Below are positions 48,401 through 61,963 of a DNA stretch of 64,000 bases, in pieces (position 1 is the first letter of the stretch; each line of letters starts with the position of its first letter). The position numbers and the translations under genes were made by a program. The stretch is from Pelomyxa schiedti (taxonomy: Eukaryota; Protista; Evosea): contig JAHLWZ010000301.1 in the NCBI GenBank assembly GCA_020536535.1, positions 10,028-74,027 on the forward strand, given 5' to 3'. A model generated the notes under the pieces. That model saw only the letters and a list, made by a program, of their open reading frames with translations. It ran no database searches and was not told the DNA's origin.

Positions 48401-50118
48401 ATGATGCCTGAAAGCAAGCGTACCCCGGTTAGCCCGGCCGCCACCACAACCACGGACACGGCCGCCTCTTCGTCATCTTCGTCATCAACATCTTCGGCAG
48501 CAGCTACAATGACATCTTCGGCAGCAGTTCCCGGGGGGCCTCGTGGCGCCCACGGCCACCCAACGTGCACGCACTCCCCACAATTTCCCTCTGCCCTGTG
48601 GGGCTCGTCGCTCCTTGGTGGCAGCGGCAGCGGCGGTCGTGGCTGTGTCTCAGCCGCTAATTTTTTCTGTTGGGCGTGGGTCTCCTTTCGGCACAGATTT
48701 GATCGCGGCGTTAACGACTCCAAACGCCACCGCCACCGCCACGACGACGACGGCGGCGGCGACTACTACGACCACAACTTCGAAAAGGAAACAATCGTCA
48801 CACATGCTCCCGACGTCGCAGCCAGAGTCTCCGGTGGAGGAACAACTCATGGCAATGCTCCAGCCTTCTCTTTTCAACTTGTCATCTCTGAACCCTGGTT
48901 TTCAGCGGGAAGCACAGGGATCACTCGACGAGAAGCAACTCGGTTATGGGTGCCTCGCAACGCCTTCTTCAACTTCAACACCAGCCGTGCACAATGTAAA
49001 TATCACCACCCCCAGCACTGGGAATCAGTGTGGATCCGATAAAGAATTGTCACCTGCCGCAAACAGTGCTGAGATTTCTTTGACTCTCGCTACTTCGAAG
49101 ATATACCGTTTTAAATCCGAGGAGGTAAAGTGGTGCTCCAAAATGTTTGGCAACTGACACAATAAAAGTTGTGGATAGAACTACCGCGAGCCTGGAGGCT
49201 CTCTCATAATATGACAGAGTCAGACGTTTTTCAGGCTGGACTTGCAGCAAAATGTTGTAAGCAGGGGAGTCCACAGGGTTCGCAGGCTTTCTTCTATGTT
49301 TGTTCTTTCTTACTTCTCATAGAGGCAATATGTGCCAAGTGTCTATTTAAGAAGGTTGTATCAATCTCTGTAACGTCTCTGCACCCCTTTTACCGGGCTA
49401 CCACTGATGTAGAGAAGTACATCTTGCTTGTCAAATCGATATGCACTTCCTCAAGGTATCAATACGAGGGTGAGGATACAATCCAGCTGAAATCTCTTAG
49501 GGATCACTTGAAAGCTCCCCTGGTTATCTCAGTTGACCTACCTAACCATCCAGAACCACTCTATAGCAATCCATTTCACATTTTATCTCGATGTTACAAG
49601 AAAGGTCCCTCCTCGGCCACCTCACCAATCATTTCAGCACCCACCAAAGAGACCAAGCAAACACAAACAGCTCTAAAAATTGTCAAACCACCACCAATCT
49701 TGGGAGTCAATCCAGACATCAACTATATTCCGTCAGGTGGGCAATTCCAGTCTTAACACATTTACCACTAAAACGCAATAAAGCCATCAGTGTCGTAGTA
49801 AGACTAGTACTTGTATACCTTACAGACGAACAGACTGCGCTCATATTCAGCCCTGTTCAGAAGCTGCTAGCGGACTACCCAGGCTTCCTTGCAATCAAAT
49901 ACAACCCCGTGGGCGGGCCTCTTATTCTCGATTCCAACAACCCAACCTCCAAGGCCAAAGTATGGGTGACTGTTGCTGTTTTCCGCAGTATTCAGGATGC
50001 TATCAGCGGACTTTCATTTTACATTGACTACGCAGAGAATAGAACCAAGAACCCACTGGATTGCAACCTGGATGCAATGGGCCTTACAAAAAGTGTTGCC
50101 ATAGTCACCAACTTCTGA
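48401..50118 (+). CDS. Hypothetical protein: low-complexity N-terminus, Cys-containing beta domain, ABM-like C-terminal domain (possible transcription factor)
   Basis: Exons splice into ...KCCKQ...ICAKC...KSICTSSRDHL...YSNPFHILSR and YPGFLAIKY...VTVAVFRSIQDA. Confidence 0.4.
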
Positions 50119-50269
50119 ACCTGTCCTGATTTGTGAAATCTATGTTAACCACACTGTGAATTATCTGATAGGCGTTACCACCTTGTATTTCATAACCCAA
50201 GAGTGAAAATATCAAACTGTTTTCCCTTGTGCCACATGGCAATAAAACCGTAAATAAAAAAGAACTTTG

Positions 50270-51387
50270 TTATATTTTCTTCTTTTTAGGCTTTTTTGTA
50301 GCTTCTGTGCCACGTTTACTTTTGTTTTGGAGTGACTTAAAAATATAGGGATCAAGTAATGCCAAAACAGAGAATAGGTTTGCCCACAGGCACCAGTTAC
50401 TGCCGTTACTGTCAGTAAACATTCCATACGTCCAGGACCCCCACAAGATTCCAGAATATAGCAATCCAGCGTGGAATGGCTTCATTCCAAGCAGATAAGG
50501 GTATGTCATTACAATAACAAAGACAATATAACAACTCAGAGGAAGCTGAGAAGTTGGTTGGAAGAGGAACGGTAGATATATTTAGATGCACACCATTTCC
50601 CCCCACCAGAGCAAATGACCACTAGGTGAGATGATAGTACAAGTCCACCACTTATCTACCAGTGGGATTCCACGCCATGCAATTAGTGCACTATTCAACC
50701 AGGTAGCACCCACAAGAAATCTTGTCCACCTGTAGCNNNNNNNNNNNNNNNNNNNNNNNNNNNNNNNNNNNNNNNNNNNNNNNNNNNNNNNNNNNNNNNN
50801 NNNNNNNNNNNNNNNNNNNNNNNNNNNNNNNNNNNNTGACCACTAGGTGAGATGATAGTACAAGTCCACCACTTATCTACCAGTGGGATTCCACGCCATG
50901 CAATTAGTGCACTATTCAACCAGGTAGCACCCACAAGAAATCTTGTCCACCTGTAGCAATATGATAGGAGGAAATATAAGTGATATCAAATGAAAGAAGA
51001 TGTCTCCGCACATACTTTCCCTTCATCAAGGGGCCAGTCACCTTTTTTCCGCCACCATACAAGGCAGCCAATGGCTCCAGGATCAAAGTTATGGGTACTG
51101 CTGTCTGAGTCACAACGAAGTTAAAGTCTGAGCAACCGCGAGGACTAACAACAGGACACCGTCCAAAATCCCACCACAATACAGCCTCGACAAGTTGCAT
51201 TCTAAAAGGGCAAGAAAAGAGCCGTGAGAACTTTGAAAGAAAAGACAGGGTTGACAGACGATGAGAATGCAGCGAGGGTAATGGCGTTCCATCTGTCCCG
51301 AGGTGTGGAATTTCGCCAGTAGCATATGGCAGATATGGCCCACGACCACGCCAACGTGGCCACCGACACCTCAAGAGACCAACACAT
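50270..51387 (-). CDS. Multi-pass membrane protein, DUF5765-like (spans the assembly gap)
   Basis: MCWSLEVS...WRN...FSSMQLVEAVLW...C..FN...LEP and C-terminal GSNWCLWAN. Confidence 0.6.
50616..50957. other. Scaffold gap (100 N) with duplicated 121-nt flanks - assembly artefact
   Basis: 50616-50736 is identical to 50837-50957 on either side of the N run. Confidence 0.9.
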
Positions 51388-51636
51388 CGAGTTTCCCAAA
51401 AGGAGGAAAGATCATCGTAACGATCCAAGTCAGAGAATCCGCTTCTGAGCTTCACCAAGTTGGATGTTTCCCCAACGATCAAAACCTGCGTATGAGGCTC
51501 AGGAACAAGCTCAAATTGTGTCACATACCACCACTTGTGTGACTGGGAGGTCCACCAACCATTGTGTTTGTATGTACAAACACCAGTACGTGAAATCTGA
51601 TGCAAAAAAGAGAAAAAAGATTCAGCCGGTTAAGCC

Positions 51637-52730
51637 ATGAGACGCTCGACACCACAATCCACGTTTACGACACTTAGTGACGCTGTTCACATAGTAACGA
51701 CGCCTCTAACGTTGTTGTGTGCTTGCCGTGCCGTGCCGTTCCCTTCGTTGTTATTGCGCCAGTCCACCACAAGCGCAACGCGTGGACTTGTGGGGTATCA
51801 ATTATGGGTGACGTGACGACGATGTACAGGTTGATGGGAGGGTGACTGCTTTGGACCAAAAAATAGCGGCACTCGACAAAGAAATACTGGACATCAAGGC
51901 ACAAATGCAACGGGCTCGTGGGGGCACATTGACCATGCTCAAACAAAAGGGCGTGAGGGCTCTCAGACAGAAAAAAATGTGCGCTTGTTTTTTTCAAAAT
52001 GGTGAATGAGTTGTAAATTTGTAAACCCTATGAGCCTCCTATCCAGGGTTCTTTTCTTTTCTTTTCTTCTTCATCTTCATCTTCATCTTCCTTGTTTCTT
52101 AACCTCACCTTTTGCTAAAAGTTATGAGGGCCAGAGGGACCAACTGCAGACACAATCGTTCAGTATGGATCAAGCCAATTTTGTTGCACAGCAAGCTGCC
52201 GACAACATTGCCACTGTTCTTCTTCTTTGAAACCTTACTATGCTCTCAATTTGTTTTCAGGTAAATGCTATGAGAGAAGGCAGCCGAGCAATGAAAGGGC
52301 AATTGAAAGCTCTTAACATTGACTCCATTGAGGTGTCATATCCATTTCTCTCTTTCCCCCCTTGAGGCTTTACTCATTGCACCTGTTTCCAGAATTTGCA
52401 ATACGAGATTCAAGACATGTTCGACTTCAGTGCTGAGGTTTAAATATCGAGATTACATTTTCCTCCTTACCTCAGTCAAGGTACAAGATGTACTGAGTAG
52501 GTCATATTGTCTTCCGGATGGCGTAGATGAAGCAGAAATCGAAGCTGGTATACATAGCCAAATTGTATGCCATTTCGCTGACAGCACCTACAGAACTAAA
52601 CGCTCTGGAGACTGACATGGAGCAAGGGGAAGCAGCACCTGCCTACCTTGATGCCTTACCACTGCCAAGCAATGCACTGCCAACAACAAGGCAGCCAGTA
52701 AGGCAAGCCACGTACCAACAGCAATTTTGA
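51637..52730 (+). CDS. CHMP5: ESCRT-III-associated CHMP5/Vps60 (Snf7 family)
   Basis: VDGR..LDQKIAALDKE...[34 protein letters not shown]...VQDVLSRSY...DEAEIEAELNAL. Confidence 0.9.
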
Positions 52731-53052
52731 GTGTGTAGATGATAGACAATTCGAATATACTATTTGTTGCATAAGCTTAAACCCACGTGCAAAATTATCT
52801 TCACAGCATTCGATCCACAACACCACTCGAACAAGACAAAAAGAAAATATTTCACATAGAACTTTGTGCAATTGCGGATAGAAGTGACGCAAAACGGCCA
52901 TTCAGTCTTTCTTTTTGCTTCTGGGTGTTCCAGTCTCGGTGCTAAAAAAAGCAGCCCAATTTTTTCCCTTAATTGCAAATCAAACAGCAAAAAAACAAAC
53001 CCTACCCCACTGTGCCAGATCTCAGCCGCACCACCGGTAGTCGCGTTTCCGC

Positions 53053-55051
<1,999 letters not shown>

Positions 55052-55127
55052 ACGGGACCAGAATGCAATTTTTGTGACAAAAAAAAAGATAAGAAAAACG
55101 ATTAATCGTTTCTGTTATTTTCATTCC

Positions 55128-56583
55128 CTATGCTTTGATGGTCTGGGGCAGTGGGTGGGTGAGGAGCCACTCGTTGGCCAGGGCAACCACAGCCTCCATC
55201 ACGTGACCAGTGGGTAAACAACACTGCTCTGGGTTTTCTAGCTGTAGGTTGCAAGGTGACTTGGCTTCTGCAAGCGTTCGTATTTCGGTCCAGTACTTCC
55301 CGGGCATCATCTGATGGGTGATTTCCTGATGTGGTGTGGGTATTTCAATAGAAGAGTGGATCGGAAGTTACCATCCACTTTGCTCTGGCCATGACTATGA
55401 ATTCGCCGCAAGGCATCACAAGCGGAAACATCATGAAGGTCCATTTTGCACCCCATGAGTTGGGGTTCACATTTCCTCGACTCAGCCCCATAGCGCGAGT
55501 TACAAGGTCCGCAAGAGGTTGTTGGAAATGTTCCACACAGGCAGCAATTTTATCGGCGCATTCGTGGTACGGTTGGGTTGCCAGAAGGGCGGCCAGGGAA
55601 TGCTGTGCAAAGCAAATTTCAGCCATATTCCGGTAGGTGGATACTTCAAGTGCGTAATCGTTTGCAGTTATGATTACTAGACCATCAAACCTATTTGTTT
55701 GGTTGATGCGGAAACAGAGTGATCAGGGAAAAAGAGACCCACTTGAAGTATCCTGTTTTGCCCTCTTCATTTATATAGGGTATGAGGCCACCCTCAAGTA
55801 GCTTCTGAACCACAAACATGGAGTTGACAGCTGTTGCTTCTGTGCCCAAACCTAGATCATCTATGATAACCACGGCCATCTCGCAGTGTTTGGTAGCCTC
55901 GGCCACTCTCTGCAGAAGCCAATTCGGGTCTTCAACACTTGATGCAGACACAAGAACCTGCGGGCATATGTTCCAGGGAGCAAGGGCGTACTGCCAAAAC
56001 AAACCTTTCCGTTTTGCACCTCACATTGCCCATTGCTGCACCGCTTCACGTTTCTCCCAGAACTCACTAGTAGTGCGTCAGCCACAATGTTTGCCACTGT
56101 TGTTTTCCCTTGCCTATGAGCTCCCACAAAAAACATCCCCTTGTGTGTAATCCCTCTGGCTGCCTCATTCAAAAACTCCAACACTTGCACTTTCACAACA
56201 GGCGGCACAATGGCCACCGCCAGTGCTTTCAAAAATCAGTATCGTAATACACACCCATAGCAAGAAAATCAGGCAGGTTGGAACCAAACAACAACAACCA
56301 CAACAAACAACAGCAAGCACTGTGCATTCATTGCATTCAGAGAAAAAAAAAAAAAAAAAAAAACACAACAAAAAAAGAGGGTACCCTCGCTGACGGCCAT
56401 TGCATCGTCGATTGACACACCACCAGCACAATATGTAGGCCACGGCAGGTTCTCGTTCCACGGCAGCCTCCTACCAAACACCCCGCCGCATCCCACGCAA
56501 ACCATAATCGCAATCGCGCCCGCGCAGTAGACGACTGCCTTGTGGGCTGCCGCCGCTCCCCCACCGTTGGGTGTCGCCCCCAT
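55128..56583 (-). CDS. Membrane-anchored P-loop NTPase, family unassigned
   Basis: N-terminal hydrophobic segment, Walker A FFVGAHRQGKTT, Walker B VVIIDD. Confidence 0.6.
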
Positions 56584-56814
56584 CTGTGTGTGTCCTAGTT
56601 GGTGATCACGGAAAGAACAAACCAAAAAAAAATTCTGCCGTTTCAACTTGGGTGTCGGACAGGCGCAATGACTATTGTGGTAGTGCACTCCACCCACAAT
56701 TTCGAGGCCGGGACAAGCGCATGTATGTGAAAAATACTTGACGAACTGGTTGTCTGTTCATCGACTGTCTGTTTGATTGATTGAGAGTGAGTCGTGAGTG
56801 AGGGAAGAATTGTA

Positions 56815-58505
56815 ATGGAGACGACGATTTGCGTAGTCGGTTCTCGTAGTTTTCAGGCTTGTGATTGTTCGCCTTGTGCTCTCTTGTTCAGCTGGATTCT
56901 GGTTCCACTGTTGCACTATCTGGATGCAGGCGACCTGAGGAGCCTCGCTTGCACGTGCCGCGAGCTGCGGGAGATTGTGGCGGGATCGGGCGCTTGGAGG
57001 GTGATGTGTGGGAGGCTGGGACTTGGCGGGCGCGACTTGCAGCTTCCGTTCTATGGAATCCGGAATCAGTCTGATGCGTGGAGGGAGGCATACTGCAGGG
57101 TGGCTCCAAGAGACCCGGAGCGGTGCGGGATAGGGAGGAGCGATTCTGACTTGGATATGAAGGATTCAGAGGGTGGTGAAGGGGGCCGGAGGTGGGTTCC
57201 ATCAAAGTTCTGCTGCTCTCCGGATTGTGTGAGCGTGTGTGGGCGTGGCAGAAGCGGGAGCGGCGGTAGGCCCAGGAAAATTCTGGCTATGCTAATCGCT
57301 GTTGTGGAGAATCGGGGGGCCTCTTTTCAGGTGGAGAGGCCGTGGAATGGTTGTACATCATGGATACGGGCTGGATACTTGGCGGAAGCAGTTTGCGCCG
57401 CTCCTAGAGTTGGCTTCAATTCAGGCTCCTTCTCTGTAGTAAGGGTGGTTCTCCGTGTTGGCGATTTCGTTATGCTGAGGAGATTGTCTGAGTCTTATTG
57501 GAATGCCAACCACGGTATTGGCGTGCAGAATGAGAGCGATATTGGCGGCGGGTGCTTTTGGCTCCATGTAAAATATGACTACCAGCGGTTACGCCCACTC
57601 AGAGAGAATTCGTCTATTTTGCAGTATAATGATACTCGCTTCCAAGAGGATAGTGACTGCCGCGCACTTTTTGAAAGGGCAGTCAATAACGTGCTTGCAG
57701 GATCTGAGAAACACCCAGAACTTGGTTGTGTTGTGGCCACTGTTTCCGGAGAAGATGATCAAAGATTCCGTGGGAAAGATGTGATGTCATCTTGGAAACA
57801 ACACCAAGCCCTTCCTGGAGTTCTTCAGCCATGCCATTCTGTGATATTTGATCCGCAGCCTGGCCAAATACTCGAAGCACTGGACACAGGTACCTACTGA
57901 TAGAGTGCAAAGAGTTGTTCGCAACTCCCTCTAACGTTGCTTTTGGCAGTCAATATGTGGTACGCCTCTATAATTACTGATGTGGCCTGGCCTATGATCA
58001 AGATTCACTACGAAGGATGGAGCAAGGAGCTTTGGTGTGTTGGTAGGCCAGTCAAAATAAATGAAGCAAACCCCCGAAACTCATATTTACTGAGTGTCTT
58101 AACACCAGGGATGAATGGATAAACGTGTACGTCTACGCTCACAGGCTGCGGCGCTTTGATGCTACCACTGCAAACTTCGGCCATCAAGTTCCAAAGTCCT
58201 CGTGGCAAGAATGTGCCCCTTGTAAATTCATAGTCTGGGCCGAGTACCTGTGCTCCCAATGGTTCCACCCTGTAAGTATCCACATTCTCTAATCTCGACT
58301 CACTCCATCCCAGAAGTACTGGGCAAGGGCTGGATTCATTATGACATTGCCAAAACAGCCCACGCAAACGGAATACCTGGCGGAAGTGCTTGAACCCACA
58401 AGGGGGTGGTTCCCAGCAGTCATAAAGCCCTCTGGAACATCCGGCTATGTTAGCGTTCACTTCCATCAATCACTGGGCATTACAGTCTGGTACAGTTTCA
58501 AATGA
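56815..58505 (+). CDS. F-box protein with C-terminal Tudor/chromo-barrel-like domain(s)
   Basis: F-box: LLHYLDAGDLRSLACTCRELREI...W. Spliced GQILEALDTVNMWYASII...IKIHYEGWSKE..DEWIN, plus a second Tudor-like EVLEPTRGWFPAVI. Confidence 0.7.
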
Positions 58506-58718
58506 CTGACTGAATTCATAATAACACAACCAGGTTGCACGTCGCATCCGATTCATACCGCCTTAGGCCACTTACCCAAGCACCTGAATCTCTCCCATTG
58601 CAAATGCAATCACTTCCAAAAGCACAATTCACATTTAACTAACGAGTTCAACATCATTGTTGTGGATTCCATTCCAGATGGATTTTTTTTTTTCCTTTAG
58701 ACACTAAAATTACAACTG

Positions 58719-61615
58719 TTACTCTTTGTCTGCTTCTTCTTCTGGGTCTTTCTCTTTGTCTTTGCTCACACTACTGTGTTCCTCGTCATCTTTCTCTTCA
58801 CTGTAGTCTTCCAGTTTTTTGTGGAAGACAATTTGTTGCCGTTTGACACGTTGGACAACACAGTAAATATAGATCAAAACAGTGGCAGTGAGCGAAATGA
58901 GTATCGCTGGGAACACTGCGGTTGTGAGAATAATAACAATATGTTTCCACTTGGGTTCTGGGGGCACTAGAAGGCACGATGTTGGGGGACGAACTTAACA
59001 TAGAAGCATACAAACCTGGGGTAACCGAGAGTAAGTATGTCCAGAGAGCATCACTCTCAAACCCCCCATCCCTGGCTACTACTACAACGTAAACCGTATC
59101 TTGCTGAGTTCGGTAAGTAAACGTTTCTCCACACTACAAACTGTGAGACTAGTATAAAACTTGTGGTGGGTTACAGTCCAGTTGTGAATACAGATTCCGC
59201 AACCAGATTCAGTCAGCTCAACGTGACAGGTAAAGTTATTCTGGCCGATCGACAGAATATCGAGAAGTGAACCATCCCCAGTAAACGAGAAAAAATTGGC
59301 TGCACAGGAATCAGTGACCAGAAGGTGGGGGAGAAAGTTGTGTGGCACACCCATAGAGGATTCAGTGCAAGCAGTTGGTACAGAATTCCACCATGCATTC
59401 GGGAGATAGTTTGTTACAACATACGGGATGATGATAGGGTTTGTCTGTGAGCACTTTGTATTTGTTGGAATATATGCCACCTATGAGAGTCAGATACTTC
59501 TGGGTATTCTTCGAACCTCAGTTATCCTCAAGTTATAGGATCCGTAGTCTATCACTGTTGACTGCAAAATGCCCACTACAAGCGGAGTGCCCCTGTAATA
59601 CCAATCGAAATACACGTCAGTGTCTGAGCACTACAGAAAAAGTTGGGCTTCAGAGGAAAGTTTAATCGTACAGGCATGTGCTTGATGCACTGGTGAGTGC
59701 CTGAGAGAACTTCTATGTAACAGTTGAAGTTGGAATAACTTTGTATCATAAAAGAGTTCCCTGTTGCGGTCATGTAGTAATACCTCCCTACAGACCTATT
59801 ACAGGGATCACACATTGGGACGACAAACCACTAAGAGCTGTTTTCCGGCACTGTGACTCATATCTTGGAATAGACGAGCTGATGCTGGCGTCTTCAACAA
59901 TAGGCCAAGACAGTGGCGCTGGCGTTGCAACGTGATCATTTGGGTACAGAGCTAAGGATTGCATGAGATCCTCTCAGAAAGATTTTATTTGTAATTGCAC
60001 ACAAAGTTGTGATTCAATCCCAAATAAATATGCGCCTTTTTGATCCGAGCTTTGCCCAGTGACACCGATGATATAAGTTTCTCCCAGGACGGTGGAGGCA
60101 GAATGGTATGCATGATCCTAAGTGAATTAACTGAAAGTAGGAGAAACCCGGTATCGTACTGCTGTCCAGAACTTAATACAGTCACACAGGCGAGTGTACA
60201 AATAAACTGTACATGAGAATTCAGCCAGAACCTTTATATAGGCCGTAGACCCATCACCGATGAACGAGAAATAGTGCGCTAAGAAACTCGTCAAGGGGAA
60301 AACACTCAGAAGGGAAAAAACCAGCAAGGTCCGTATTGGTACATGGAGCAAGGTTGGGAGTAGTTAAGTCCCCTATTAAACCTGAGGAACTGTAGGGTAA
60401 GTCTACGTGCAGTGCTGATGCGCAGTCATCATTTGAAACTGGAGAGTCCACATTAATAGTGACGTTGTATTTGCCAAAATCTTCAGCAGTTACTTGCGTT
60501 ACAATCACGAAATATTCTTCCCCTGCAGTGGTCTTTTGGGAGAAAATTGTATCACCCTGTCCAAAGAAATATTAAACAAGGCAGATTTGTATACACATAC
60601 CACCCATTCCATCACACAACCACATTCTGATGACGAAAGTTGGACTTCGGAGTTAAAGTACGACTCAACCTTAACAGAAATCCACTCTCCAGTACCAACA
60701 ATCCGGTAGTAGTCAGCTGCAAAATGGATTAGAGTGCTACAAGGATGGGGTAGGGGGAAGTAAATATTCTTACCAGAAAGATACAAAATGGAACAGGGAG
60801 TGGTGTAGCTAATATCAGAGTCAAGACGCAGGTCTGCACTGAAATGTATAGGAAAGGGAAGATCAGTAACACTTTCTCTCGCACAAGAAGCCTGGCCTAA
60901 AAAAGTGGAGAAGCATGTTAGAAAGTAAAGTCTATGGCGGAAAAAAAGACCTTCAAAAACACCAATAGCTAAGTCATACTCCCCAAAATCGGTTTGATCG
61001 AATTGCGAGACAACAATAACGTACTCACTACCAATAGTCACGGCCTCGGAGAAAGGTTCCGCGCACTTAAATGGGAATTAGATCTTGCAACGTCAAGAAT
61101 TACACACATATCGACTACCGAGGCAAGCACAGTCAGAATCTGCAATTTCTAACCAGCAGTTGTATATGGAAGAAATTGTTATAGACAGCGTGCCCTCAGT
61201 CTCAATAGTAAAGCGATAATAGTCCCCTTAACAAAATATTAGAATTATTATTTAAAAAAAAACAAAAAGCTTGCCATAGTAAGAATTTGCAAAACAAGAA
61301 GTGGGGTGCAGCTCAGAGGAAGTACTCAGCGTGCCATGTACACTGTACGGCAGATCAACAGTTACAGCACCGTCGCAATTGCCTCTTAAATCCCTCTCCT
61401 GTACGTCACCGTCTACGAATCTCACAATGTCACCGGTTCTGTCCTTTGTCGCAGCAGCAGCTGTCAGCCATGAGCGGAAAAAAAAAACCGTAATCGCGAA
61501 TGTGGCTGATCTGCAGCCCTGAAAAGAAAGGCAGGCAAGTACCTTCAAAACACGAAAACGCGCTCAAGCACAAACCGAACTGCAGCACCCAAACCGCCGG
61601 ACTCCGTACTGGCAT
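58719..61615 (-). CDS. Type I cell-surface protein with repeated Cys-containing (C..A..V.LP) extracellular modules
   Basis: Signal peptide; repeats NCDGAVTVDLPY, SCARESVTDLPF and DCASALHVDLPY; TM IVIILTTAVFPAILISLTATVLIYIYCVV; short acidic tail. Confidence 0.6.
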
Positions 61616-61963
61616 TGCGTTTTTCCTCCTTGTTTTCTTATTTTCCTCGTTTCAAAAAAGCACAACTTGCCAAGATGCTTCCATTCGCCGAAGTGGCGAT
61701 TTTTTCGGGGCGAAACCAATGCTCAGAATAGTTCAGGAATTCGAAAAGGGGTGGCATTTCGGCGACACTGCTGTTTGGTGCTATTCTCCCTTGATCAAGA
61801 TCTCGAAAAAAGCTGTGCTTGTTCATTGCCCACAGCGGCTTGGTTTGTGAGCTCATATCTCGGCAAGAGAATTCGCAAATTCTTATTTCTTTTTGTTGTA
61901 CCAAAACTCCAAACACAAAACAAAATACAAAACACAGACAAAAGAACACTCCCAGAGGTTCAT

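Noticed and set aside
50616-50957. 121-nt direct repeat as LTR or target-site duplication
   Set aside because: The copies abut a 100-N gap exactly and interrupt a coding exon, which is typical of an unmerged contig overlap.
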